Shown here one piece after another: positions 1 to 10,088 of a DNA stretch of 64,000 bases. A model generated the notes under the pieces. It was not told the DNA's origin. It was given only the letters and a program-made list of their open reading frames with translations, and made no database searches. The DNA comes from an uncultured Gemmatimonadales bacterium. GTDB taxonomy: Bacteria > Gemmatimonadota > Gemmatimonadetes > Longimicrobiales > RSA9. The stretch spans positions 245,855 to 309,854 of the forward strand of contig CAWAYJ010000017.1 in the NCBI GenBank assembly GCA_963786235.1. The letters are read 5' to 3'. The translations under genes were made by a program, and so were the position numbers. Position 1 is the stretch's first letter. Every line of letters starts with the position of its first letter.

Positions 1-2159
1 TGTCCGGCGCCGGCCTGGCCATGCTCGTGGTGCTGCTCTTTCTTGGCTCGCTCCGCAAAACCTTCATCGTCGGGCTGGCCATCCCGCTCGCCATCCTTGC
101 CACATTCGTGATGATGGGGATGGGCAAGCTGACGCTGAACATCATGTCGCTGGGCGGGCTCGCGCTCGGTGTCGGGCTGCTGATCGATAACTCGATCGTG
201 ATGATCGAGAACATCTTCCGACACCGTGAGGCGGGCGAGGCGGACCCGGAGAAGGCCGCGCACGTCGGTGCGGGCGAGGTGACCAGCGCCGTCGTCGCCT
301 CGACCACGACCAACCTCGCTGCCGTCGTGCCCTTCCTGCTGGTCAGCGGGCTTGCCGCCCTGATCTTCCGCGAGCTGATCCTCACGATCTCCTTCGCCAT
401 CGTGGCCTCGCTCGCCGTCGCGCTCACCGTCGTGCCCATGCTCTCGGCGCAGCTCGCCAAGATCCGCTTCAGCTCCGGCATCGGGAAACGCGGCCCGCTG
501 CGCGCGTTCGACCGGTTCATCGGCCGGATGCGCGACGGCTACCGCCGCATCGCGCGCCGCACGCTGCGCTGGCGCTGGCTCGTGCTGGGCGGCGCCGCCC
601 TGCTGCTGGTCGTCGTGTACTATTCCGCGCGAGGCCTGGGCAACCAGTTCCTGCCCGCGGTCGATGATGGCAACGTCAGCGTCAACATCTCGCTGCCGCC
701 CGGCTCGTCGGTCGAGCAGACCAACGCGGTGGTCGAGGAAGTGCAGACCATGACGCGCGCGATGCCGGACGTGCAGAACATCTTCCTGACGTCGGGCGGG
801 ATGTCGTTCGGCGGCTCGACCGCGGAATCGGGCGGGCGCGGCTCGCTCACGATCAAGCTCGCACCGGTCACGACGCGCTCGCTCTCGGCCAACGCGTGGG
901 TCGCGCAGCTGCAGCAGAAGATCAACGACCGCGGCTTCCCCGGCGCCCGCATCTACGTCTCGCCGCCCCGGCTCCGCGGCATCCGCACCTCGCGCGCCGG
1001 CACCGACATCTCGATCACGATCCTGGGCGACCAGCTGGCCGAGCTAGGCCGCATCTCGGACGAGATCATCCAGCGCATCCAGACGGTGCCCGGCCTGCAG
1101 AGCGTGCGGCCGTCCACCGAGGACGCGAGCCCGCTGATCACGATCGCACTCGATCGGGAACGCGCCGCCTACCTCGGGCTCAACGTTGCCAGCGTGGGCC
1201 AGACCCTGCGTACGGCCATGGACGGCACGATCGCGACCCGCTACACCGAGGGGAACCGCGAGTACGACGTGCGCGTGATGTTCCCGCGGAACCGGTTCCA
1301 GAGCCCGGAGGACATCGGAGGGATCGCGCTGTTCCCGGGCGGTCTGAACGGTGCGCCCATTTACGTTCGCGACGTCGCGACCGTCGAGTCGAAGCTGGGC
1401 CCGACCTCGATCAACCGGGAGAACCAGAACCGGATCCTCCGCATCTCGGGTGACGTGGTGAACGAGGAGTACTCGATCGGCGAGGTCAACGACTCGATCC
1501 GCATGCGACTCGCCGGCCTCGAGCTGCCGGAGGGCTACGGCCTGATCTACGGCGGCGAGGAGGAGGCAGTCCGGGAGAGCAACCGGCAGCTGGCCATCGT
1601 CGTCAGCCTCGCCATCTTCCTGGTCTTCGTCGTGCTCGCCGTGCAGTACGAGAGCTTCGTCAACCCGCTCGTCATCATCACGACGATCCCGCTCTCGCTG
1701 GTCGGCGTCGGGCTGGCATTGCTGATCACGAATACGCCGCTGTCCGCGCCCGTGCTGCTCGGCGTCATCCTGCTGGCGGGCATCGTCGTCAACAACGCGA
1801 TCCTGCTCGTGGATTTCGTCGAACAGCGCCGACGCGACGACAACATTCCCATGGAAGAGGCCGTGATCGAGGCCGGTGCGGTCCGCCTGCGGCCCATCCT
1901 CATGACCACGACCACTACCGCGTTCGGCATGCTGCCGCTCGCGCTCGGCATCGGCAGTGGCACCGAGCTGATGCAACCGCTGGCGATTGCGGTCGTCGGT
2001 GGGCTCACGCTCTCCACTTTCCTCACGCTCTTTGTCGTACCGAGTGCGTATGTCATCTTCAATCGTGGGGCCGATGCGGTCCTGGGATTCCTGACCGGCC
2101 CGCGTGCGGCACGCCAGGCCGCGAGCCCGCTGAAGGAGGCCGAAGCCACCAGCGACTGA
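1..2159 (+). CDS. RND-family efflux transporter permease (AcrB/CzcA-like), C-terminal part; the 5' end lies outside the window
   Basis: The frame is open to the window start. The protein has many TM segments and a large periplasmic loop, with RND-typical stretches such as GGLALGVGLLIDNSIVMIENI and LAGIVVNNAILLVDF. Confidence 0.9.
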   Translation, partial: SGAGLAMLVVLLFLGSLRKTFIVGLAIPLAILATFVMMGMGKLTLNIMSLGGLALGVGLLIDNSIVMIENIFRHREAGEADPEKAAHVGAGEVTSAVVASTTTNLAAVVPFLLVSGLAALIFRELILTISFAIVASLAVALTVVPMLSAQLAKIRFSSGIGKRGPLRAFDRFIGRMRDGYRRIARRTLRWRWLVLGGAALLLVVVYYSARGLGNQFLPAVDDGNVSVNISLPPGSSVEQTNAVVEEVQTMTRAMPDVQNIFLTSGGMSFGGSTAESGGRGSLTIKLAPVTTRSLSANAWVAQLQQKINDRGFPGARIYVSPPRLRGIRTSRAGTDISITILGDQLAELGRISDEIIQRIQTVPGLQSVRPSTEDASPLITIALDRERAAYLGLNVASVGQTLRTAMDGTIATRYTEGNREYDVRVMFPRNRFQSPEDIGGIALFPGGLNGAPIYVRDVATVESKLGPTSINRENQNRILRISGDVVNEEYSIGEVNDSIRMRLAGLELPEGYGLIYGGEEEAVRESNRQLAIVVSLAIFLVFVVLAVQYESFVNPLVIITTIPLSLVGVGLALLITNTPLSAPVLLGVILLAGIVVNNAILLVDFVEQRRRDDNIPMEEAVIEAGAVRLRPILMTTTTTAFGMLPLALGIGSGTELMQPLAIAVVGGLTLSTFLTLFVVPSAYVIFNRGADAVLGFLTGPRAARQAASPLKEAEATSD

Positions 2160-2161
2160 GG

Positions 2162-3103
2162 ATGCCAGCCAACCTGACACCCGTCTACCACGCCGCCGAG
2201 CAGCAGTACAAGTCGGCGACGACCCCGGCCGAGCGCCTCGCCGCGCTCGAGCTGATGCTGCGCACCATCCCGAAACACAAGGGCACCGAGAAGCTCCAGG
2301 CAGACATCAAGCGCCGCATCGCGCGCGAGCGGAACGAGGGGCAGAAGAAGGGCGGCGTCGCGCACGCGGCGCCGTTCTGGCTGATCCCGGCCGAGGGGGC
2401 GGGCCAGGTCGCGCTCGTGGGCGCGCCGAACGCCGGCAAGTCGCGGCTCGTCGCGTCGCTCACCAACGCGCACGTCGAGGTCGCGGAATGGCCTTTCTCG
2501 ACCCGCGTGCCCGTGCCCGGCATGATGCCGGTCGAGGATGTGCAGGTGCAGCTGCTCGACCTCCCGCCGCTATGCGCCGAGGCGACCGAGTCGTGGATGC
2601 CGGAGGTGCTCCGCATGGCCGACGCCGCGATCCTCGTGGTCGATGCCGGCGATCCCGACGTCCTCGGCCGCACCGACTTCATCCTCACCCGCCTCGCCGA
2701 GTGGGATGTCCCCGATCCCATCCTGCTGCTCGGCACCAAGCTCGACCTCGCGAGGGCGCGGCAGGACTTCGCCGACCTGCTCGAGTTCTACCCGGACCGC
2801 TTCCCGTCGCTGGCCGTGTCCGCGGAGACGGGCGAGCGGTTGGACGCGTTCGCGCACACGGTCTTCGAGCTGCTCGACGTGGTCCGCGTGTACACCAAGC
2901 GGCCCGGCCATCCGGCCGAGCTGGATTCGCCGTACATCCTGCCCCGCGGCGCGACGGTCGAAGACGCGGCCGCCAGGGTCCACCATGACTTCCTCGAGAA
3001 CCTGAAGTTCGCGAAGCGCTTCCACCGCGATGGCAGCGGCGGGCTCATGGTCGAGCGCACGCACGAAGTCGAGGATGGCGACGTCCTCGAGTTTCACGTC
3101 TGA
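2162..3103 (+). CDS. OBG/DRG-like GTP-binding protein with C-terminal TGS domain
   Basis: P-loop GAPNAGKSRLV, an N-terminal helical DRG-like segment, and a C-terminal TGS-like end (VYTKRPG...GDVLEFHV). It starts 3 nt after the RND stop. Confidence 0.8.
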   Translation: MPANLTPVYHAAEQQYKSATTPAERLAALELMLRTIPKHKGTEKLQADIKRRIARERNEGQKKGGVAHAAPFWLIPAEGAGQVALVGAPNAGKSRLVASLTNAHVEVAEWPFSTRVPVPGMMPVEDVQVQLLDLPPLCAEATESWMPEVLRMADAAILVVDAGDPDVLGRTDFILTRLAEWDVPDPILLLGTKLDLARARQDFADLLEFYPDRFPSLAVSAETGERLDAFAHTVFELLDVVRVYTKRPGHPAELDSPYILPRGATVEDAAARVHHDFLENLKFAKRFHRDGSGGLMVERTHEVEDGDVLEFHV

Positions 3104-3230
3104 GTGCGCTTGACACTCCAGCGAGGCACCGTGACAATCATGCGCCCTCGAGCGACGGGGGCGCGGCACCGGATCGTCGAGGGGCGAGTTCCGGCCGCGG
3201 GCAGGCACTCCTGAACGACGAACCCACGGC

Positions 3231-4181
3231 GTGAACACGAGCATCGATTCCGCACCCACCCGTTCGCCGGCCCGGCGCGCCATCGCCCGGGCCGGCGTTC
3301 TGCTGCTGTCGCTCACGCCGGTCATTGCGCCGGCCCACGGCTCCGCGCAGACGGCCAGCGGATGGCGCTTCGAGCTGCTGCCCGAGCGCGGCATGTTCGC
3401 CGCGCCGCTCGCCGATCCGCTCGAGCCGCGCATGGCGGCCGGCCTCATCACGACCGACCTGCTCCGGGCGCCCGGCCCCGAACGGCCCGCGTGGACGGGC
3501 GTCAGCTCGCGCGAATGGCAGGCCGCCGTGGCGATCGGCGGCAAGATCCCGCTGCTCCGCCTGCTCGACCGGCCCGAAGGCGGCATCGTGGTGAGCGCGC
3601 AGGCCGGCGTTCTCGCGCGCTTCCGCATCGAGCTGTGGAGCCGCGACGACCTCGGCCAGGACTGGATCGTCGGCATGCCGGTCGAGGCGGCGTGGAACCG
3701 CTGGTCCGCACGCTTCCGCTTCTTCCACCGGAGCGCGCACATCGGCGACGAGTTCGCGGACTCGACCGGCGCTCGACGCATCGAGTTCGGCGGCGAGACG
3801 ATCGACCTGCTGAACGCGCTGCAGCTCGGCGCCGTTCGCGTCTACGGCGGCGGCGGCTGGACCTTCCATTCGAACACGGAGGACACGCAGGCGCTGGTGC
3901 GCGAGAACCGGGCCGACCGCTTCATCGTGCAGGCGGGCTTCGATGCGAGCTGGCCGCTCTGGCCGGACCGTGGCATCGGCTTCGTGGCCGGCTTCGACTG
4001 GCAGACCGCGGAACGGACGAACTGGCGCGCCGCGACCGGCGTGGCCGCGGGCATCGAGTACCGCCGCGGCAACCGATTCGCGCGCCTCACCGCGCGCGGG
4101 TTCGAGGGGACGTCGCCCATGGGCGAGTTCTTCCTCACCAACGAGCGGTACGGCGGGCTCGAGTTCGAGCTCGGCTTCTGA
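3231..4181 (+). CDS. Hypothetical secreted or outer-membrane protein, possibly DUF1207-like
   Basis: GTG start and an N-terminal signal-like segment ending AHGSAQ. The composition is beta-rich, with an FFHRSAHIGDEF motif. The family name is from memory only. Confidence 0.5.
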   Translation: MNTSIDSAPTRSPARRAIARAGVLLLSLTPVIAPAHGSAQTASGWRFELLPERGMFAAPLADPLEPRMAAGLITTDLLRAPGPERPAWTGVSSREWQAAVAIGGKIPLLRLLDRPEGGIVVSAQAGVLARFRIELWSRDDLGQDWIVGMPVEAAWNRWSARFRFFHRSAHIGDEFADSTGARRIEFGGETIDLLNALQLGAVRVYGGGGWTFHSNTEDTQALVRENRADRFIVQAGFDASWPLWPDRGIGFVAGFDWQTAERTNWRAATGVAAGIEYRRGNRFARLTARGFEGTSPMGEFFLTNERYGGLEFELGF

Positions 4182-4291
4182 GATCGGGCAGCAGCAAGCG
4201 TGGCACGGAACTCGCCTCGCGCCTCCGGCAACCCCGCGAACCGTCCGGAGTATCGGAGAAGACGATTCGCGAATTCTCCGGAGGCCGAAGC

Positions 4292-5635
4292 ATGATGAAG
4301 CCGGGCGTGCACCCGATTCTCCTCGCGTCGCTGCTCGTCGCGAGCACCGCGATCGCGGCCGGCGCCGCGCCCGCGGCCGCGCAGCAGGACACCACGAAGC
4401 TTCCGCCCGGCGTCGAGCTGGCGTCGCGCTACACGAAGCTCGGCCGCCCGCTCATCGCCGTCCGCACGTTCGCCGGTACGGCCGGAGACGAGGCCGGCGT
4501 GGTCCGCAACGACCTGTTGCGGAGCGACCGGTTCGAGATCGCCGCCACGCCGGCCTCGCTCGATGCCGGCCCGGTGGACTACGCCGCCTGGAACAGCCTG
4601 AACATCGTGTACCTCGTCACCGGCACGATCGCGCCCGCCGGAAACGGCGCGAGCCGGCTGGACCTGACCGTGCACGACGTCGTCTACGGGAAGGTCGTTC
4701 AACAGCGCGCGTTCGACCTGCCGCCGACCACGTCGCGGGACTACCGGCTGGCGATCCACGTCGCGTCCGACCAGATCGTGCGCTGGCTGACCCAGCAGCC
4801 GGGCATGGCGGCGACCCGGATCGCGTTCGTGCGCAAGAACGGGCAGGCCGGGTACGGTCTGTTCGTCGTGGATTCGGACGGCGAGAACCTGCAGCGGCTG
4901 GACGGCTCGCCCGGGATCCTGTACTCCCCGAGCTGGTCGCCCGACGGCCGGCGACTGCTGTACATGGTCAAGGCCGATGCGGAGACGCGGCTGCTCGAGC
5001 GCGACATGGCGTCCGGCCGGACGCGCACCGTCTACAACTCGGGCACGCTGCTCTACACGCCGGCGTACGCGCCGGACGGGAACGGCATCGCGTTCGCGCT
5101 CGACATGGGCAGCGGCGGCGAGATCCATACGTTCGACCTCGCAAGGACGTGCTGCCTCGCGCGCCTGACACGGACGCAGGCCGACAACCTCTCGCCCACC
5201 TTCTCGCCCGACGGCCGCCGCATCGCGTTCCAGTCCAACCGCACCGGCGCGCCGCACATCTACGTGATGGATGCGGGTGGTGGCGGACCGGTAGTCCTCT
5301 CGCCGCTCGGCCGGGACGTGCAGTACGCGTCGCCCGACTGGTCGCCCGTCGGCGACGACGTCGTCTTCCACGGCATGTCGAAAGGCTCGTACCAGCTGAT
5401 GCTGGCCTCCGCCTCGCAACCGGCGGCGCAGCTCCAGCAGCTCACGTCGAGCGGCTGGAACGAGGACCCGAGCTGGGCGCCGGACGGCCGCCACATCGTG
5501 TTCACCGGCACGACCGACTACGGCTCGGCGCTGTACGTCATCGACACGAAGACGGGCCAGATCCGCGCGCTCGCGAACGGGTACGACCGGCTCGCGGACT
5601 GGTCGCCATCGCTGGCGCCGTCGCTCGACCGCTGA
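4292..5635 (+). CDS. tolB: TolB-like periplasmic beta-propeller protein
   Basis: Signal peptide MMKPGVHPILLASLLVASTAIAAGAAPAAAQ. A TolB N-domain is followed by repeated xSPDG propeller motifs (SWSPDGRRLLY, YAPDGNGIAF, FSPDGRRIAF, SWAPDGRHIVF). The start was chosen at the internal Met of track ORF 3362..5635. Confidence 0.8.
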   Translation: MMKPGVHPILLASLLVASTAIAAGAAPAAAQQDTTKLPPGVELASRYTKLGRPLIAVRTFAGTAGDEAGVVRNDLLRSDRFEIAATPASLDAGPVDYAAWNSLNIVYLVTGTIAPAGNGASRLDLTVHDVVYGKVVQQRAFDLPPTTSRDYRLAIHVASDQIVRWLTQQPGMAATRIAFVRKNGQAGYGLFVVDSDGENLQRLDGSPGILYSPSWSPDGRRLLYMVKADAETRLLERDMASGRTRTVYNSGTLLYTPAYAPDGNGIAFALDMGSGGEIHTFDLARTCCLARLTRTQADNLSPTFSPDGRRIAFQSNRTGAPHIYVMDAGGGGPVVLSPLGRDVQYASPDWSPVGDDVVFHGMSKGSYQLMLASASQPAAQLQQLTSSGWNEDPSWAPDGRHIVFTGTTDYGSALYVIDTKTGQIRALANGYDRLADWSPSLAPSLDR

Positions 5636-5812
5636 AGCCGGGATCGTCCCGGGACTGCGCAAGGACCCGTCACCGGATTCGATCGCCATCGGGTACGCTT
5701 CGTCCGCATTGCCGGAAAGCCGAGGGTGCAGCATTCGGCGGCTTCCAGGTATGTTGCATTCAATCCCACCAACTCGGTGAAGCACGGCGAACCTGTCCCC
5801 GGGGGCGCGCAC

Positions 5813-6892
5813 ATGTATCAGGAAGTTCCCACCACGGATGGCCTCTACCTGGTTGATTACGATCTGATCAATCGTATTCTGCACGATTCCTACTACCTGC
5901 AGGGCAAGAACAGCGGTGCTCAGCTGAAAACGGCGAAGGAAGGTTGGGGCCTTCCGGAAACGTACCACTACGAAGTCAACTATCCTGCCGCTCGTCGATA
6001 CGCGGAGGGCATGCGTATGGCGTTCAACGCGCTGGGCAGGCTGGGCGCCCTCATCGATGATCGCACGAGCTTCACGTCAACGCTCCCACGTGGCGCGGAC
6101 GTGGAGCGATTCAAGGAGGAGCTGTTCGACATAGAAAGAGCGGGACGTGACGCGGCAGAGGCGCTGAAGAAGAAGCAGAAGCAGGCCACCAGGCGTTCGA
6201 TGCGCAACATCAATGACAAGGTGGAGGCCTGGGGTGCGGCCGTGGAGGTGGCGAAATTCACGAGAGATGCTTCCGTCGACGTGATCCTCGTCACCGGCGG
6301 GGTCATGAGCGGGGGCACGGCACTGGCGCTGGGTGGGACCGGCTCGCTGCTCAAGGGCGTCTACAAGTATCAGGACACCGGAAACGTGGCTGCGAGCGTC
6401 ATGGAGTCCACGGTCAGCTTCGTCACGTTCGTCATTCCATCGCCGGATGCCGGAATGTCCAAGGGCATGGCGCGTACCCTGCTCTTCACGAAGACCACCG
6501 TGGAATTCAGCGGGAAGACGGCCGTCGGTCTCGTGGAAGGCAAGAGCCTCGGCGAAGCCACGTTGTCGGCCGGCACCGACATCGCTCTCGGCGCGCTCGT
6601 GGACAAAGTGAAAGCCCTGGAGATTCCGGAAGATGAGATGAAGAAGTTGTTGAAGAACGGAATCTTCTCCCACGTCCCGGTACCGGTCGGGATCCGCCTC
6701 GTGTCCGGAGGACTGATTGGGACGGGGCTGGGCCGGCTGGGAGAACCGGCTACCGAGAAGCTGCTGTCGATCGCGAAGACCCGCAGGACAACGGGGAAAC
6801 CCGGTCTCAGGAAGGTCGCCGTGAGCGCACCCGTGCTCATCGATCTGGCCATTGCGGGGCCCGATCGTTCTACGGCGCCGCGACGCTGGTGA
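5813..6892 (+). CDS. Hypothetical protein with Gly/Ala-rich hydrophobic segments; no family recognised
   Basis: Long ORF in a locally lower-GC stretch. The composition is not Arg/Pro-biased, unlike the shadow ORFs. The start is uncertain (GTG 5726 or ATG 5813). Confidence 0.4.
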   Translation: MYQEVPTTDGLYLVDYDLINRILHDSYYLQGKNSGAQLKTAKEGWGLPETYHYEVNYPAARRYAEGMRMAFNALGRLGALIDDRTSFTSTLPRGADVERFKEELFDIERAGRDAAEALKKKQKQATRRSMRNINDKVEAWGAAVEVAKFTRDASVDVILVTGGVMSGGTALALGGTGSLLKGVYKYQDTGNVAASVMESTVSFVTFVIPSPDAGMSKGMARTLLFTKTTVEFSGKTAVGLVEGKSLGEATLSAGTDIALGALVDKVKALEIPEDEMKKLLKNGIFSHVPVPVGIRLVSGGLIGTGLGRLGEPATEKLLSIAKTRRTTGKPGLRKVAVSAPVLIDLAIAGPDRSTAPRRW

Positions 6893-7007
6893 CGGCCGAA
6901 TCGCTGCAGGGTGTCGCCGCCGGCGTGGCCCTGGCCAACCATCGCCCGGCCCGGACGTGTCCAACCCTGTGACCGTGTACCAATGAACCCGGCACAGGCT
7001 GGACCCG

Positions 7008-9728
7008 ATGTTCGCTCCGATCGCTCGCGCGGCCCCGCTGCTCGCGCTGATGGCTCTTCCGTTCCCGGCCCGCGCCCAGCAGGCGCGCGACCTTTCGGTC
7101 TCGACGACGGTGCCGATGGCGAGCGCGGCCCCACGGACGTCCGCCATCGCCATCGATGGCCGGCTGGACGAGGCGTGCTGGCAGCAGGCCGTCCCGGCCA
7201 CGGGATTCCGGCAGTCGCAGCCGGACGAGGGTGCGCCGGCGTCGCTCCCCATCGAAGTCCGGATTCTGTTCGACGACCAGGCGCTCTACATCGGCGCGCG
7301 CATGAGCGAGCCGGGGGGCGTGGTGGCGCCGCTCGCCCGGCGCGACCAGCTGCTGGACGCGAGCGGCGACAACGGCTCGTTCAACTCGCTGACCACGGAC
7401 AAGCTGATCGTCCGGCTCGACCCGTACCACAACCACCTGGACGACGCCTGGTTCGAGGTGAATCCGGCAGGCGTCCGAGGCGATCAGTTCAACGGCGACC
7501 CGTCGTGGGACCCGATCTGGGATGCGGCCACGCACGTGGACTCGCTGGGCTGGACCGCCGAGCTGCGCATCCCGTTCAGCCAGCTCCGCTTCTCGCAGGA
7601 CCCGGAACAGAGCTGGGGTCTCCAGATCTGGCGCTACGTGGATCGGCTGAACGAGCAGGACATGTGGTCGTTCCGGCGCAGGAACGAGCCGAGCGGGCCG
7701 GCCTTCTTCGGCGATCTCGATGGTCTGGCCATTCCCGGCCGGCCTCGCCAGCTCGAGGTCCTGCCCTACGTGGTGACCGCCAGCCGGTTCGATCGCGCCG
7801 CGCCGGCCGACCCGTACAACGACAACCGCGAGATGCGCTTCAGCGCGGGCGCGGACCTCAAGGTCCTGCTCACATCGAACCTGACGCTCGATGCCACGCT
7901 CAACCCCGACTTCGGCCAGGTCGAGGTCGACCCGGCAACACTCAATCTCAGCGCGTTCGAGACGTACTATGACGAGAAGCGCCCGTTCTTCATCGCCGGC
8001 GCGAGCGCGTTCCGCTTCGGCGGCATGCGCTGCATGTTCTGCAACAACTCGTCCAGCCTGAGCGCCTTCTACTCGCGCCGCATCGGCCGGCCGCCGCAGC
8101 TGAACGGCTGGGTTTCCGACAACGCGGAGTACGTCGACGCGCCGGAGAACACGTCCATCCTCGGGGCGGCCAAGATCACCGGCCGGACCGGGAACGGCTA
8201 CACGGTCGCGCTGCTCGACGCCGTCACCGGCCGTGAGGAGGCCCGCTACCTCGGCACCGCTGGCGCGGCCGAGCGCACGCAGGTCGTGGAGCCGCTGAGC
8301 AACTACTTCGTCGGCCGGGTAAAGAAGGAGTTCCGCAACGCCAGCACGCTCGGCGGCATCCTGACCTCGACCACACGCCAGCTCGGCGATTCCGTCGTGA
8401 GCGCGCAACTCCGCAGCCACGCCGAGGCCGGCGGCATCGACTGGCGCCACACGTGGGGTGGGCGCGAGTACTCGTGGATGGGAAGTGCGCTGGTGTCCAG
8501 CGTCTCCGGTTCGCCCGCCGCGACCCTGCTCACGCAGCAATCGAGCGCGCACTACTTCCAGCGGCCGGACCGGTCCGTGCACGGGGACGGGCTGTTCGAC
8601 GCGCGCTACGATCCGACCGCCACGTCGCTCCGCGGATACGGGCTGTTCACGCGCGTGGGCAAGGACAACGGCACGCTGCTGTGGGAGGCCATGTCGAACG
8701 TCCGCAGCCCCGGCTTCGAGGTCAACGACCTCGCTTTCCTCAGCCGCGCCGACTACGCCTGGTTCAACGGCAACATCGGCGGCAACTGGACTGTGCCGAC
8801 CCGCTGGTACCGGAGCATCTTCACCAGCATCGGCGGCGCCACCGAGGTCAACTACGACGGCGACCGCACGCGGGCCGCGCTGCAGACGTTCTACGGCATG
8901 GAGCTGCCCAACTACTGGAACATCCGGCTGATGGGGATCCACGACGCGCCGGCCTTCGACGACCGACTCACGCGCGGCGGACCCGTCGTCAAGCGCACGG
9001 GTTACGACGTCGCCAGCCTGGAGGTCTCCACGGATGCGCGCGCCTCGGCGGTCTGGGACGTCATGGTGCAGGCCTCGCGCGGCGTCGGCGATGACACGCG
9101 TTCGCTCACGATCCGCCCCGGCGTCGCGCTCAAGCCGGCGGCCAACATCTTCATCCAGCTCTCGCCGAGCTACTCGCGCAATCAGTCCTCGGAGCAGTAC
9201 GTCACGACCGTTGCCGATCCCACGGCGAGCGCGTTCGACGGCAATCGCTACGTCTTCGGCTACATCACGACGAAGACGGTCTCGCTGGACACCCGCGTCA
9301 ACTGGACGTTCACGCCGGACCTCACGCTGCAGCTGTTCGCGCAGCCGTTCATCGCGAGCGGTGACTACGCCTCGTTCCGCGAGTTCGCCGCGCCGCGCAC
9401 GCTCGACAAGCTCGTCTACGGACGCGAGGCCGGCACGATCTCGTACGACGAGGCGTCGTCCACGTACCGGGTGGATCCGGACGCGAGCGGACCGGCACGA
9501 CCATTCACGTTCGACAATCCCGACTTCACAACCAGCGCGTTGCGCGGGACCGCCGTGCTGCGCTGGGAGTACCGGCCCGGCTCGACGCTGTTCTTCGTCT
9601 GGACCCAGCAACGCGCGGGTGACGATCCCGTCGGCACCTTCGACTTCGGACGGGCGCGCACGGCGATCTTCCGGCAGCGGCCGCTGAACGTGTTCCAGGT
9701 CAAGGCGACATACTGGTTCGGGCGCTGA
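7008..9728 (+). CDS. DUF5916 / CBM9-like domain protein (large secreted beta-rich protein)
   Basis: Signal peptide ...PFPARAQQ. The N-terminal segment IDGRLDEACWQQAVPATGFRQSQPDEGAP...ILFDDQALYIGARM is typical of CBM9-like/DUF5916 proteins, followed by a long beta-rich C-terminal region. Confidence 0.75.
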   Translation: MFAPIARAAPLLALMALPFPARAQQARDLSVSTTVPMASAAPRTSAIAIDGRLDEACWQQAVPATGFRQSQPDEGAPASLPIEVRILFDDQALYIGARMSEPGGVVAPLARRDQLLDASGDNGSFNSLTTDKLIVRLDPYHNHLDDAWFEVNPAGVRGDQFNGDPSWDPIWDAATHVDSLGWTAELRIPFSQLRFSQDPEQSWGLQIWRYVDRLNEQDMWSFRRRNEPSGPAFFGDLDGLAIPGRPRQLEVLPYVVTASRFDRAAPADPYNDNREMRFSAGADLKVLLTSNLTLDATLNPDFGQVEVDPATLNLSAFETYYDEKRPFFIAGASAFRFGGMRCMFCNNSSSLSAFYSRRIGRPPQLNGWVSDNAEYVDAPENTSILGAAKITGRTGNGYTVALLDAVTGREEARYLGTAGAAERTQVVEPLSNYFVGRVKKEFRNASTLGGILTSTTRQLGDSVVSAQLRSHAEAGGIDWRHTWGGREYSWMGSALVSSVSGSPAATLLTQQSSAHYFQRPDRSVHGDGLFDARYDPTATSLRGYGLFTRVGKDNGTLLWEAMSNVRSPGFEVNDLAFLSRADYAWFNGNIGGNWTVPTRWYRSIFTSIGGATEVNYDGDRTRAALQTFYGMELPNYWNIRLMGIHDAPAFDDRLTRGGPVVKRTGYDVASLEVSTDARASAVWDVMVQASRGVGDDTRSLTIRPGVALKPAANIFIQLSPSYSRNQSSEQYVTTVADPTASAFDGNRYVFGYITTKTVSLDTRVNWTFTPDLTLQLFAQPFIASGDYASFREFAAPRTLDKLVYGREAGTISYDEASSTYRVDPDASGPARPFTFDNPDFTTSALRGTAVLRWEYRPGSTLFFVWTQQRAGDDPVGTFDFGRARTAIFRQRPLNVFQVKATYWFGR

Positions 9729-9789
9729 GCGCGGCACCTCCCCGCTCCGGGACCTCGGCCATGATCATCATGGTATCATGATCTGATTA

Positions 9790-9818
9790 TTGATTTTAGA
9801 TCATAAACGGCTTATGCT
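9790..9818 (+). promoter_or_regulatory. Sigma70-like promoter TTGATT-N17-TATGCT, ending 6 nt before the ATG at 9825 (copy A)
   Basis: The hexamers and 17-nt spacer were read directly. The same element occurs at 14347..14375. Confidence 0.4.
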
Positions 9819-9824
9819 AGTTGC

Positions 9825-10088
9825 ATGAAGGACGTCAAGCGATACCTGGCGCAGATCGGCTCCCGGGGCGGCCGCAAGAGCCGGCGGACCCTGGACCCCG
9901 AGACAGCCCGGACGATGGTGCGGGTGCGAGAGGCGCGACGGGCGTTTCGTCGCTTTCGGACGATGTGCTTCTGGTCGTGCCGGCCGGATCTGGAGATCGG
10001 CGTCGATGACGTTGCCTGGGTTGCGGAGCAGCTGATGAAGCATGGCAACCGGGACGCCTGGAACGCGGGGGTCCGGCTGTGCCGTTGA
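9825..10088 (+). CDS. Small putative antitoxin-like protein upstream of the degraded AbiEii copy
   Basis: The 87-aa ORF is identical in sequence to 14382..14645. It has a basic N-terminus, IGSRGGRKSRRTLDPETARTMVRVREARR. Confidence 0.5.
   Translation: MKDVKRYLAQIGSRGGRKSRRTLDPETARTMVRVREARRAFRRFRTMCFWSCRPDLEIGVDDVAWVAEQLMKHGNRDAWNAGVRLCR

Noticed and set aside
3362-4291. N-terminal 310 codons of track ORF 3362..5635
   Set aside because: This part overlaps the 3231..4181 gene in another frame and is Arg-rich. A signal peptide begins at Met 4292, so the TolB-like gene starts there.
6870-9737. 955-aa minus-strand ORF covering the whole DUF5916 gene
   Set aside because: This is an antisense shadow ORF typical of high-GC DNA. 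The translation is Arg/Gly/Pro/Ala-rich low complexity with no motifs, whereas the plus-strand protein has a signal peptide and recognisable family motifs.
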